Part shown: positions 45,742 to 59,493 of the stretch, piece by piece | Layout of the letters: each line of letters starts with the position of its first letter | Position numbering within the stretch: position 1 is the first letter of the stretch | Assembly: GCA_964106915.2 (NCBI GenBank) | Contig: OZ066926.1 | DNA: 64,000 nucleotides | Reading direction: 5' to 3' (one strand) | DNA from: Podarcis gaigeae | Lineage: Eukaryota | Translations under genes and position numbers: made by a program | The notes under the pieces: generated by a model | Told to the model about the DNA's origin: nothing | Database searches by the model: none | The model's input: only the letters and a program-made list of their open reading frames with translations

Positions 45742-48700
45742 AAGCAGCTGACCAGGCCCCTGCGTAACGGCTGCTGGCCTCATTGAGACCCAGGGCCCTG
45801 CTCCTTCTGCTTGCAGAGAGGTCCTGGTTCGTTTTAGCTTCTTGGTAGACCAGAGGGCGGGGCAGGAGGCTTCTGTTTTAACTATTGTGCGCCTTTTTGC
45901 TGTGTTTGCCTCGCTGCCTCCGGAAGGGAAGGAGAAAAGGAGAGCAGGATACTCAGAGCTCTTGGGTGCTATGCACTGTTCAGTTTGTAATGCAGCTTAC
46001 TGGGAGAAAGGGGGAAAGAGAGGAGGGCCACAAGCTCCACCCTTGGCCCCCACCAACTTTAGCCAAATCATGGCTTCCCATAGCCTTCTCTTAACAATTA
46101 TAGGGCTCTCACAAAAGATCCCTCTGGTACCCCCCCATTTTTCTTACTATAAAGCAGTATAAATATGAAATAATAATTATTATTATTATTATTATTATTA
46201 TTATTTAATTAATTAATTTTGAGCACTGTATGATAGTCTTGAACAAGGTACAGCTTCTCCTGTTGCTTTAGCTTATCTTTCCATGAAAGTGGGAGGGAGT
46301 CTGCAGCCATTTTGAAGCTCAGTGGGAGCGGATTTCGGGCATGAGGAATTCAGAGTATGCTCCAAAGGGCTGCTCATGGATACAATCAAGATTGCATTGC
46401 TCCCTCTTTTTATGATGATTATTTTTATTCCTCAGACTCACTGTAGAAATGATAACGATCAAAACAATGCAACTAAAGAACTAGGTTTCAATCAACAAAA
46501 GCCGGACACGCCCTCTTTCCTCAAATGAATATGTGCTTTTTCTTGCATGCATAGCCTATAGTTGGCTACAAATGTAGATGCTCCTGAGAAATAATTCTAT
46601 GTGGTCTAAAACCCAGGGTGGAGAGTCCTCTCTCTCCACGCCACCTGACTGGCACCATTCCTTTGAGGAATTGTTGTGCTTTACATCCCACTGAGCTGAA
46701 CACAAGGATATATTATATCTTCTTGTCCTCCAGAAACACCCTCTCAGGTCCTCTAGAGCTTCTTTTCTCCTTTTCCCCCTAACATGCTTCGGAACATCAC
46801 CATCTGCTTAACTGCTTGGTTTGGCTACTGCAGTCTTAGGGAGCTGGCAGAAGATGAACTAACAGGTACAAGCAGTCTGAGAATGGCCACAAGCTCTGGA
46901 CACTCCAAGTAGACATTTCCCTGAGGTCAGTGCATGAGAAGGGGTCCGAGTGTTGGTGCCGCCTTGCTTCATGTGTGCTTTGAGCCTGGCAACAGGATCT
47001 ACCTGCTGTATGTTAGCTGGCAAGTGACGTTTTCGAATCTGCCTCACTGTCGTGCAAATTAGTTTGCCCTGGCAAGGTGGCGCATCTTGGCAGAGTCCTG
47101 CCCAAAGCAATGTGTGTGCCAAGGGGTCACGTAAATGGAAATCATCTCCTCTAAGTTTTTGGACAGCATCAAATTCAAGAGGTAGCAAAATTAAAACTGA
47201 ACAAATCATGGGTCTTCTGAAAATCTAAAGTGCATTCTTCAGGGATTGATTTGGGTCCTGAGTATGAAATAATAATGTATATTTGGCAGCCTTTGTACTT
47301 GAGCAAAAGGTTTGAATGAAAGTAATGCTCCTCTTTAACTCAGCTCCACAAAATAAATATTTCATGGGATTTTGAGAGACATCTCTACAAGGTTTTTTTC
47401 TTTTTTCTAATCCACGGATGGGTAATCCCACCCCAGATCTATTCTGGTTCCCTAAAAATACCATATTTGAAATACTGTGGGTTGGTGTTGGACTGCTAGT
47501 TCCTATTGAAATCATTGGGACAGATTGGGCATGTCTTAATGTAAGGCCATTGATTTCAGTGAGAACTAAGCTAACAAACTTTATCTGGAACGTGCTATGT
47601 GTGTATGTGTGTGTGCATCAGCCTTCCCACCAGAAATTTTTGACTGCAAAGCTGAGCCATCCAGCTGTCAAAATTTAAACTGTTGGCTCCTAAGAGCAGA
47701 GGCCTGTCTCCTATAGCTTAGGTTGCCTTGCACAATAACAGTGACTGGAACCATAATAGTAATCCAGCAGGAAGTTCTCCTGAGCAAGCTTTTGTGAAGC
47801 TCCCGAGCTTATGCAGGAGAATATTCTTCATTGTACCTTTTATCTTTGCTGTGCAGAAGTCAGCTACTATAAGGTTTTGCTTTTGTTTGTCTTTTTTAAA
47901 AAGAATGTTCTGTTCAAAGCTCAAAATAGGCCCAGCTTCTTGTCCGAAGAAAAGTTTAGGGGGCCCTAGATCTCTTGCAGCATTTTAACGAACTCCTATT
48001 ATTAAATCAGCTTTGTAAACAAACCCACAAAAAGTTACCAGTCTGTTTTTATTTATTTTAAAAACCCCTTACTAGCCTGCTGGGGACTCACAGAAGAAGC
48101 TGAAAAGAGCTCTGCCCCTCCCGCAGCTGTCCACTGGATTTTTATGGGGTGTATGGAAAAGGAGGGCATCTCCCCTTTGCCAGCCTGCTTGATTTCTGTG
48201 CTGAGCCCAGAGGAGGGAAAGGGTGTGCCATTCTGCCTGAGCCAGCCTACTCATTGTGCTTCATCAAATTCCATGCCTTTGTCTGCATGCAGCTCCTTGT
48301 CACTTATCGCTAGCAGCCAGCAAGTGTTTAAATACAAGGCTGCATTAAATGTAGGTGTGGCCTGCTGTTTTCACACTCAACGACTAGGAATCCTTGTGTT
48401 AGCATTTGCGTTCCCTGAAAGCAGGGCCCAGACTGAGGCTGACCCCATACAGGTAAATGAGTGGGCTGTTCTTCAAGGGTGTGACGCCACTGTGACTTTT
48501 GACAGATGCATATCAAGCAGAAATTCACCCAGATAGGGCTCTTTTCAGCCTTGAGGTCTAGCAATGGGAAAAGGAGGATCCTGTTGAACCTCAAGCCTGC
48601 TGTGCAGCTGTTAAAGGCATATAGAGCCCACGTCAGGTGCAGCAAAGCTGGCAACTGTGTGCTGGATGGACATCCCACATTCCATTTGGCAAAAAGAATG

Positions 48701-50673
48701 AGCAACCTCATATATGCTGTTTCTGGGCAGGTCATCTTGGTAAACTGGAGCGTTTCCTGACCTACGGCTACATTTGCTGCTAGGAAATAAATTTATCATC
48801 TGCCTGATCCCAGTTGTAGGCTTGTTCCAGTTTGGAATTTTAGCTGTCCAACCACACCCTCACTGAGAGAGGAACGCAGATTTCAGATGCTTCTGTAGAG
48901 TGAAGAGCCTCATTATTCTCCTTGCTGGGCATAGGAGGCCCCCTCCTGGCGTATGTGTTTCAAATTCCTGCCTTAATCTCTCCCTCCTGAAGCCGCACCT
49001 AGCGGGCAAGGCCAGGGAGAGGAGGGAGGATGTGGAACAATGAAGTGCTTTGCTATGACTAAGAAGTACAGAATTCACACTCGGCTCCTCTGGAGGCTGG
49101 AGAGGAGCCAGGATCCCAAGCAGATTTCTGTTGCTTCCAAATGCACATTTAAGAAGTCTCCCATACTCTGCTGGTCTGGGATGGACAAGAGTAGAGTTAG
49201 GCAGATGGATAGCTAGATTGTACAGGTGATGAGATCTGTGTCTGTCTAATCTTCATCAAGATTTTAATCTGGAGAAGAGATTGCCCAATTAGGAGCTTGC
49301 TTTGGTCCCAGAAAATTGTTTTTTTGTGTAGTATTCACCCTTGGGTTGGATAAAAATGCCCACTATTTATCACCGTTGTTGTTCTTGTAGAGAATTTATG
49401 GGCTGCCCAAGCTTCCAGGGCAGCACATAGATAAAAGAATAAAACATTACAATAACATTATCTCTCCGGGATGTGTTTCTGTTTCTAGGGGTGATACCTT
49501 TCCCCTACACTGCATGTGCTATATTTTCTTTCTGGGAAAATCAACTTTCCGTTTGGATGAAAGAATGGATGACAAACTATAAATAAATAAAGTGGTTTTC
49601 TTTCCTGCACCCTCCAGAGAACAGCACATCTGTTGTTGCTGCGATTGTAGTGTAGTACCTAGTTGTATCAAATGTCACAGGCATAAGTTTGATATTTGTG
49701 GCAGCAAGCAATGTCACTCTCCCACAGTCCCATCTGCAAACCTTGTGCCATTTTTTTAAAAAAAGTTTGTATTTTCATTCATTCATAATGCAATTAGGGA
49801 TGCAGTCATATGCCTACTAATTTAGTAGGCATTACCCAACAGCATTTCTGAGTAAACATTGAGAGAATTGAACTACAATGCTGTGCATGCTTGCTTAGAG
49901 TAAGCCCAAGTGAGCTCTATGTAATTTGATTTAAACTACATAAGGAAAAGTAATGCAGCTGAGGTGGAATCCTAAACATGCTTCCTAGGAAGTAAAGGCC
50001 AAAGTTGAATTTGCACAGTAGATGTAACAGTGCCCTGATTTTCTTTTTAAAATTAAAAGCATCTATAGAAAGTTGCAAATTTTATCTAAATAATATAGGA
50101 TGAGGAAAGGTGCTTAACATTTAACCCTCCAGCTGTTTTTGCACTCAGAATACCCTCTCCCCCAGCTGCTGTTCCCACACAGGATATGTTTGGCATCCCA
50201 ATTTACATTTTGTGTAGTTTTGGTTTACTAATGAAATAGGGATGAAAGTAGGGAAAGGTTGGTTTTTCATTGGAAAAATGGATAGTAGCTTTTGCTTATT
50301 AAATTTTAATTAATTGGGCCAAAGTCAAGCAATGGGTGGTATTCAACTAAGTTTCACTCTGAGTAGACCCATGGAAATTAGTCATATTCATTAATTTCAG
50401 AGCAAAACCTAGCTGAATACCATCCAATAAATAAAACCCTTTCGATCAGTTGACAGCTCATTTTACAGGTCAAGCAGTACAGCAATGCACCAGTCCAGCA
50501 TAAGAGCTGCTTTTTTAAAAAAGGAAGGAAGGAAGGAAGGGTGAACACAAGCAATGTCACTTCTCCACCAAATCTGTGCCATGCCATTCTTCGAACCTTT
50601 TCTTTCCCATCCATTATTATTTGGAAGCTGAACACTCTCCCTCTTCAGTGCCAGAGTGCACAATAACCCTGGT

Positions 50674-50675
<2 letters not shown>

Positions 50676-50734
<59 letters not shown>
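50676..50734. repeat. Compound (CT)n(CA)n microsatellite
   Basis: Direct observation. Confidence 0.9.
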
Positions 50735-50956
50735 AAATAAATGGCAATACAACCATTTCCCCTCTCTCAGCTTCACACAAAAATTATTACAGGTAGATTT
50801 GGTATCACACTGTTGTCCTTGATTGGAGACTTAGGACACCATCACACAAAGGATGAAGACAGACAAAAAACAGCATCCCACAGCTGTGGTACAAGTCTGG
50901 CTTTGCAACTAAAATGACAGATGTGAATACAGTCAAATCTCCATTTACATAACCAT

Positions 50957-51123
50957 CTACCTCTGGTTATGTAAACTTCGGGATGCGCACGTGAAAATCT
51001 CACAAGTATTTTAACGGGTTTCACCCGCATGTGCATGCACAGAAGCGGTCCTCAGGTTGCAGAAACCTCGGGATCCGAACGGACCTCCGGAACAGATTCC
51101 GTCCGCAACCGGAGGTACCACTG
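50957..51123. mobile_element. Tigger-like MITE, left end eroded
   Basis: Right TIR CAACCGGAGGTACCACTG followed by TA; left remnant TACCTCTGGTT; CpG-rich body. Confidence 0.65.
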
Positions 51124-53175
51124 TATACTGGTCAGGCAACTCTTTGCTTTTTATTTTATATTTAAAGTTCATGCATTTACCTATTCATTCATTGCATTGA
51201 CTCTTTATTTTCCAAAAAGGAAACTTCTTTTTAAAGCACAAAAAATGGGTGACAAGGAGGTTTCTTGGTGGCATCACTGGAGGTCCAGGTTTGCAGAGCT
51301 GCGACATCCCCCCCCCCCGACCATGATACTGTAGGAGAATATGCACATTTGGCTTGATCTCATTGAGGACCCAAGTGCTTTGAAAACATCATTTTCTTGA
51401 CCCAAAGATTAAAATATGGTAGTGACGTAAGTTCACTGGCTGTCTGGATAAGCCCATATTTATTTGGCGCTTGAAACCATGCCCCTTCCCTTCTCTTGAA
51501 GCCTGAATTGGGCTGACGGTGCCGTTGTTTTTGCTTCTCTCATGCAACCGCACTCTCAGGCCTTTAGCTGTTCCCTCCGCCACCCCCAGTTTTGTAACGC
51601 CAGGCCCCACCAGGCTGGGAACATCACTCGTCTTTGTGTCTTGTTGGCCTTTTATACGTGAAGGGGAGTGTTTATATGTGTTGTAGCAACCAGGCGGTTT
51701 GAGTGTGCCCATAAAGACTGCTGGATCAGTGACTCACTGCTCAGGAACGTGGACTTGGATGGGGAACACATGGAGGGGGAAGCAGGAAGGAAAGCTGTCC
51801 TGTGGAGCTCACAAGTTGGGAGGGAGTGATACACAGCTGAGCCCTTCTACTTTGCCTCCTTGCAGCTCCCATAAAGGTGTACCCAGCCTTCCCAGGACCT
51901 GGAAATTAAGGACTTTGGAGTGCACAAACCAGACTCCCCTCTTTCCTTTCTGTGTGTGACAGACAGCAGAGGTGGGGTAGTGAGGATCAGCAACAGCACT
52001 CCCTTTTGAGTCTATATTGCTTCCAGGACAAAGGAGCCAATTTGCTCTTCCTTGTTCCTCCCAGTAGATTCCAGTCCCCTTTTGTGCCTTTGGTTGTGTA
52101 CGCACACAAACAGCAAGCTGAGGAATTAATGGTGTACTAGCATCCTTGCTTGCTAATTTTCAAAGTGTGCTCTTGCCAGGGAATCCTGAGTTCCTCTTCC
52201 TCAGGAGCGAATAAGTTTCCTCAGTGGGGACATCACTATCAGCAGGTAAGCTTTCCTAAAAGGCTCATCTACTCCTGAGCTTCATCTTAATGCACAGCCA
52301 CATGGGGAATGTTGGATGCATTCCAGGGCACAGTCTCAGTTCACACAAGGTAACGGCTATGAGACCCAATCCAGGCCCCATGTGAACTAAGTACAAGCCC
52401 TGGAACAGGCCCCAATTTCCTTCTGCAGTGTACTGAGGGTTTCATGGCATACATCAGAGGTTCCTCATGTGGAAAGGGTACCCTCATGGCAAAACATTTA
52501 TTGTTTCCAAGTGGCAGGCTGTGTGTCTTACTCACAAGTTGTTGGTGGACTGACTGGGAGGGTTCCAGACTGCCACTTTGCAGGCCATGCCAGGCTAGAC
52601 TCTTTGCCTGGCAAGCCCATCCATTTTTTTGGTCAATTTTACTGCTAAAGGACAAGGAGTCGTTTTGAAACCTCAGAACTGAAATGGACTATGCCAGGAA
52701 GTGCTTGACCAAAACTAGCTAGAGCCTCTCTTCAACAGATCTGCTTGTCATTTGTATCATCATCATCATCATTAAATCTGCATCCTTATATCTCAGGGTG
52801 GTTCACAGCATAAGAATACAAGATAAAACACAGTCTAGGGTGCACATGGATGCGCTCATGTCAAGTGTGCTCTAGCTTAGCAGTTTCAGTCACAAATTTC
52901 TCTACTCAGAATCCAGTGTGGATTGTACCAACTGTTCCCAGAACATATTGGGGAGGGGGCGTGGCAGGGAGCCAGACTATTTCAAACATACCATCAGAGG
53001 TGTTTTGTTGTTGTTTTTTTGAGAGAAAATTCTCTCAAAATCCCCACCCAAGACTGTGCTGCTTCCGGTCATCCATCCCTTTTCCTCCCGCTTCTACCAC
53101 AAATTTAAATGTGGTAGTACAGTAAGCCCCACCTGTTCATGCCAGTTTTGAGAATACTTCCATTGCGTTGTTGTG

Positions 53176-53310
53176 TTAGAATCATAGAATTGTAGAGTTG
53201 GAAGGGACTATGAGGGTCATCTAGTCCAACCCCCTGCAATGCAAATATTTTGTCCAACATGGGGCTTGAACACATGACCCTGAGATTAAGAGTCTCGTGC
53301 TCTACTGACT
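53176..53310 (-). mobile_element. tRNA-Lys(CTT)-derived SINE with CR1-type 3' tail
   Basis: Minus strand AGTCAGTAGAGCACGAGACTCTTAATCTCAGGGTCATGTGTTCAAGCCCCATGTTGG (tRNA-Lys-CTT-like) plus GCATTGCAGGGGGTTGGACTAGATGACCCTC...TTCCAACTCTACAATTCTATGATTCT. Confidence 0.8.
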
Positions 53311-56300
53311 ATGTGCCTTCTCCAGTTTTTGTTTGTATGCACACTGGCAGTGGGATAAGTCTGTATATTCTTGCATACTTTGTTGAATGCTGAGTACTGT
53401 AGCTGCTGTTGGTCATAGCTCACTTCCATTTAAGTTTAAACAGTAGAGCTTGACAGATGGATGGTCTTGAAACTTGCAGGTTTGAAACCTTGAGGACTTG
53501 AAACCTGCAGCTCTTTAAAAGAACAAAAGCTCAGAATCAGGATTCTGCTCTGCATGGCAGACCATGTTCCATGATTTGTGGTGTAGTAGTTCATCATGTG
53601 TGCCATAAGCCGGGGGGCAGTCAAGACAGGACCTACGTGCAACAGAGGGGAACTCGCCCTTCCTTGCACAAATGTTGTAAAGCCAAGAAGGAGCCGATAA
53701 GGATCAGAGTTGTCCGGATGTGGCCGGCTTCCAGGTGTAGCTATGCCACTCTGGAGAGGGGGGCAGCTTTTGTTCAGGCTGTCATTGTGTGACTTCCGGG
53801 GGAAGGAAGTGATTCCTGGTGTTGCTGGTCCAGCGGTGGCCAGAGTCTCTGGGAGATGAGGAATTGCCCTTGCAGGTGTTGTTGTGGAGAAAATTACTGC
53901 CCTTGCTGGATTTGGGGGCTGGGGGGTGGTGGGATATCCTGATTCCGAAGAACCACCCTTTCCCCCCAGAGGCCACATGTGAAGTTTGTCCCAGATTTGC
54001 AGACTTTATTACTAAAGCAGATGTTGGTGCTGCGTAGCCAGTAAAAGACTGGAAAACCAGGGCAGCTTGTGTGAGTAAACAGCAGAGGGTTTGGGTTAGA
54101 AAAATCACTTCTGCTCTGTTTGATTGTAGAATGGGTACTCTCAGTGCCAGAAACTGAGAATCCAAGATTCAAAATCCCACTAAATAACTATTTCTAAAGT
54201 TTCCGTTGCTGTTGTATGATGGGGTTTTTCTTTACCAGCCTTTGCTAACCTGGTACTCTCCGGTGGTTTTGGAATACAACTTCCATCAGCCGCAGCCAGC
54301 ACAGCCATTCTGTACAGTTCAGCACTGGACCTGGTTTTTCTCAGGCATTGCACTGCTTGTCTGGCAAACATAGGTCACCTGCAAACCTTAAAACAGTAAT
54401 ATCTGCCTGATACCTGACGAGGGCAACACTAAAAGTACCACCATATCCAAAAACAGTTTGTCAGAGCATGTTGACCTGGGTAAGAAGGACTGCTGTAGTC
54501 ATTTGATTACATGCCAGATAGATTATTTGAGATGTTATCGCAATAACAACAGCCCTATGAGGTAGACAAGTGTTTTTATCGCTGTGTTGGGGCTGAAAGT
54601 TCATGGCTTACTTACAGCCACCAGCTGAACCCATGCATAAGAGGAAAAAAGTCTGAACTCCTAGTTCAACACATTCTGTTATCACTATGCTACTTAAATA
54701 GCCAAAGTCCACGTTAGAACCAGATTCTGTTCTCATTTGCAAAGCAAGCAGCCCAATCCTCTGGATGCCTGTAAAATGGGTGCCACTGTAGCCACATACA
54801 CACTGTTGAAAGCTACTTGTTGAAAGTTACTCTAGGTCTAGGATATTTGACCAGTGATGCTAATGCCCCACCGTGCCTCCTTTCTTCCAGCAAAGATCCT
54901 CAAGGGATTGCCTTGTGCAGAATGGCTTCTACCATGACGGCCCCTTTAAGGAGGCCCCAGTCCTCCTTTCCAGGAGACAGTCAGGCAAGCCCAAAAGAAG
55001 AGCAGAGTAGGGAGCAGCTGGCACCACCAAGACCTAATGAAGGGCTGTTGGAGCTCAGAAATTTAAATAGCCAAGAGGTAGTAATCAGAAGTGGAAGAAG
55101 TCTGGCTTGACGAAGAAGGAAAGAGAGAGAGGAACAGAGGCCTGAGGGACAGGCATCTCTAGTATCTAGTGCAATTTCTTTCTCGGCCAGGGCATGGAGG
55201 ACCTGACAAGAGGCTCTCCCTACCACCTTAGTACTCTTGGTAGAGGATATTGGGGAACCTGGCCATTTGAGTGCCCATTGGGTGTCCTTAGAAGGCACGA
55301 ACAAGAGGACTGATCCCTTCCCTATATCCCATAGCTGTGGGAAAGGGGCTATTGGGGTGCCCCATGCCCCACAAGCTAGAAATAACCCATTGTGAACCAC
55401 CCAAGATGATTGGGACTGGGGTGAACTCCTGGTGTCTACAGCAGATATCATTGGAGAGGACCCAGGCATGGAGAAATGTTAGAGAACTTTCTGAGAAGAT
55501 ATTTCTATTGCTTCGATAGTTTGTAAAAATTTGGGACTGTATTACCTAGGAAAAGGTGTGAGAGATTGGGGGCCTCAGATTACAGCAAGGGCCACAGCTC
55601 AATCCATCTGGAGCTGCTGCACTTTGCCTGCTTTGCCTTGAATTAGGACTCATGTTTGAGCATATTCACCCATAGACTGTGGGAGAGTCAGTGTGCCGGT
55701 CCCTTTGGGCAATGTAGCTCTGTCCCAGCTTAACACCTGCAGGGCCTTGTATGGTATACCCTCCATGCAGCACATCAGTTGCATTGCCTGCCACACCAGT
55801 GCAGCTCTCTGGACGTTTTCCTGTATTGGTGCAACCCCACAAATCATAAGCTTTTCTTTGTCATGTTTGGACCCTTTCCTTCCTCTGAGGAGCTCAAGGT
55901 AGCTCAAGATAGCTCAAGGGCTATCTCATTTTATTATTGTAAGCAACATGCGAGGTTGTGAGACAATGACTTGCCCCATGCAAGCCAGTGGTCTTCACAG
56001 ATACGTGGGGATTTTCAGCTTGGCCTTTTTCTCACATGTCAAGCCTGCATTCTAGCTACTGCTGCAAAACAAAGAAGCCCAAACCAATCTGTTGAAATGC
56101 TGTCGTTAATCACGTTGCTTGAAGGGGTGGTGACCAGAAATGACTTCTTAAAAAATCATTTATAAAACAATCATAGCAGCATTACGGTGTAATAGCGCTA
56201 TTCTTTCATTTAAAAACAGTATAGCTGGGAAAGCATTTTTGCACTGATTAAAAGATTGATTAAAAAATAAACGAGGTCATAAAGTGGCCTAAACCACAAG

Positions 56301-58873
56301 GACTAAAGTGGATGCGTGCTGAACTTCAACTGTGAACTGCCCTGTGATCTTTTGATGAAGGGTGGTATACAAATGTAATAAAGAAATAAAATGGTCTCAC
56401 CCACCACTGCTATATTGTACCCACTGTGCTCCAAATAGCATGGCAACTGAAAACTCAGTTGCAGCTCTGATAGTAGCTTACAGCAAAGGAGAAGTTTGGG
56501 GTCAGTATGTAGGGGTCATAACACCCTTCAACTGCTTGAATTAGGTTGCCAGAGAAGACCATAATACACCAGTTTTTAAAATTTGTAATATCCTAATTCA
56601 TTATTTTCGGCATTATAGCAATCAGATAGTGTGAATGCCTGACGGCTTAAAGAATGAAACAGACAAATTACCAGCGCCTAACTAGGAATTCCAAGCAGGA
56701 TAGAGTTTGCTTCGTTCAGGAATTCCCTCTGCAAAAGGCAGGGGCAAAGGACAGTTTGGGCTTTTGCTGGACAGACTTGAGGAGGGTCTTAGAAATGTTC
56801 AAGTTTCCCAAAATCACAAGATTCTTCATCAGGCAGAAAAGTTTTCTGCGTGGGAAGCTGGAATTGTCAGTGTTCTGTTGCCTTTCCTCCTGTGCCCCGT
56901 TCCCCGTTTTCCCTTGGGCTTGGCTCGTGACTTTTCCCAGCAATTCCCTGCCTCCCGCTCCTCTACTTTTCAAATAGTACCATTCCAGGAGTCATAAATC
57001 TGCCTATCTTTCAGCCCCAGTCCCAACGCTGTGTACGGTGGTGGCTATTTCCAGCGTGTCCCAAGAATGCCAAGCGGGGGATGCACGCTATGTGCTGCTT
57101 GGGTGAAAACCAATATCGGTTCCAATCTGCCCCCTCCTCACCCACATGCCTGCCTGCACGCTTTCCTTCTGCATGCAGGCACACCATGGCTGGGCCGGGC
57201 TCTGTTCAGAGAGGAACAAGAAGTTGAATTAACAGCACAAGGCTTGGTCTAATTCTGATCTGAGGTGGCATCCCAATATCTAGGAGGCAAGACTTCAAAC
57301 TGCCTTGTGGGGGGGCAACAGAGGATAACATAATTGTGAGTTGCTTCATGCAAAAAAATCTTCCCATCTAGAAGATTGGCATGTCCAGGAGACCAAACTA
57401 GAACCTTTCCCCCTGAGTTTACTGCATAAAGGGATTATTATTCTTTGCATGGTAGAGTGTACATGTCATGGGAGCCCCCACCCTGAAATGGTACAGTCCT
57501 GACTTAGGATGACCAATGCAGTGAGAACAGGTCTGTCTGCAGCTAGGAAAGTGATGGGGAAATGCACTGGAAAGCGTGGGTTGAACAAATGGTTAATGGG
57601 AAGATGAGTATACTCCACAACAAGCAAATCAGGGTGAATGCTCATTGTCATATAAATGTCCCGCAAACAAATCAGAACGAGTGCAAGCAAATCAGAGTGT
57701 ATGCCCAATAAACAGGTTGTTTGGAGGAGCCCATTACTATTCAGGGCCTATTACTGAATTACAGTATTTCCTAATCATAGCATCCCACTTTCCTTTTTTG
57801 CTGCTTTGGGCAAGTGCTGTATCAGACCATATGCACCAGAGGGCAGCCTTGACTTTCAGCATTTTTTTCAGGCAAGTGCCACAAACTTAATATATTAGTC
57901 ATGGTGTCATTCTCCACTATGAACAAATTTTCTGACAATAACAATAACTTAGTGTAACGTAAAGCAAAGTACATATGCTTTGAAATAGTCACATACTCTT
58001 CTCCCGCATAGGCCTGCCTCTATTTCACCTCCTTTCTCTGTTGTTTCCCTGTGCTTATTATGGATTGTAACTTCCATGGTGCAGGGACCTGTCGTGCCTG
58101 TTTTCTTAAAGTGTCAAGGACATGGATGGTGATAGACAGATTTAACAATATTGTGGAGGAGGTGGAAGAGGCTTACGGGGTGTGTGTGTAGTTTTGCTAC
58201 TCTTAGCCACTCTCAAAAGTTGATTATAGTTCCTTATTTTAACAATTTCCTCCTAACTTTACTGCACCTTAGTAGCTCATAATCCAATTACAGGCTGTCT
58301 GCTCACACTGTGAACTATCAGTCCTCACGCAGCACATCAACCACGAATTATAGTCCAATCAAGATTATGAAAGTGTCTGCTTTTGCAGAATGCCTGAGAA
58401 AACAACAACATAAACTGGTGAGGGTTTATGTCTAGCAGGGCACACAACGCAATATAAATTGGCTTGGTATAGCTTGTGCCCCCCAAAATTGTACATTGGA
58501 AATAAAGGAAGCTCTAAAAAATGTTCACAAAATGTCACATGATGAGATGGATGTTTTCCCAAATGCTGCCACAAACAGTAAGCAGTAAGTACCCACAAAA
58601 CTTGTGCAATCACATTCTTCACAGCTCTGAACAGTAACAATATATGTGGGAGAGATAATTATAGTTTTGCCATGGGCAAAATACTACATTGGACTGCTCT
58701 GAAAATGTGGTGTCTTAAAGGGAGAAAGTCCTTTAGTGGTGGGGCCAGTGCTGGGTTGGAGAAGGTTTCTGCAAGGTGGGCTTCTTCCACATAGGCAGGC
58801 CCTACAATTAGGCAGCGAGAAACAGCCTCAGGCAGCAGCAGCCCTTCCACTATTCTCAGTGAATCTCCTAAAC

Positions 58874-59012
58874 CAGGTTTAGGGGACTCTTGGCCTTCCA
58901 GATGTTACTGAACTAAAAGTCCCATCAGCCCCAACAAGCGTGGCCAACAGCCAAGAATGATGGAAGTTACAAGTTCAACAACATCTGGAGGGCCAAAGGT
59001 TCCCCACATCTG
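58874..59012. mobile_element. Palindromic hAT MITE, older relative (similar remnants at ~19320-19445, ~43560-43695, ~63205-63280)
   Basis: TTCCAGATGTT...AACATCTGGA inverted arms; TSD TCCTAAAC/CCCTAAAC. Confidence 0.7.
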
Positions 59013-59493
59013 CCCTAAACTAGCCTGCCACCATTAGGTTCAGTGGAGGCTGTTGTCCCATCACCAGTGTTGAAATGATTCAATTGCCAGTGCAGGACAT
59101 GGAATGAGGGGCATCACCGTCTCCTTTGCTCCATTCAAGATGTGCACTCTGCAGCCCAAGAAAGCAGCAGTTGCCCGAGCCACCTGCCGGAATTGGCCCA
59201 GATAAACTTCTGGTCACAGGAGCTAAGAGGTTTCCGTACCCCTGGTCTACACTGATCGGCAATAGCTCTACAGAGTTTCAGGTAGGAGATGTTCCCAGCT
59301 TTAGCTGGAGATGCTGGGAATTGAACCTGGGACCTTCTGAGCTTCAGCCCTTCCTCAAGAGAAAAGAGACACTTGTTAGTTGTTGTAGGGAAGAATTGAA
59401 GACTCCTTCAGTGGGGATTGCTTTCTCTCCACAGCACAGGGAATGGGGCAGCCAGCATTAAGAATCTCATGATTTCATTCTTGTGTCTTGCAG

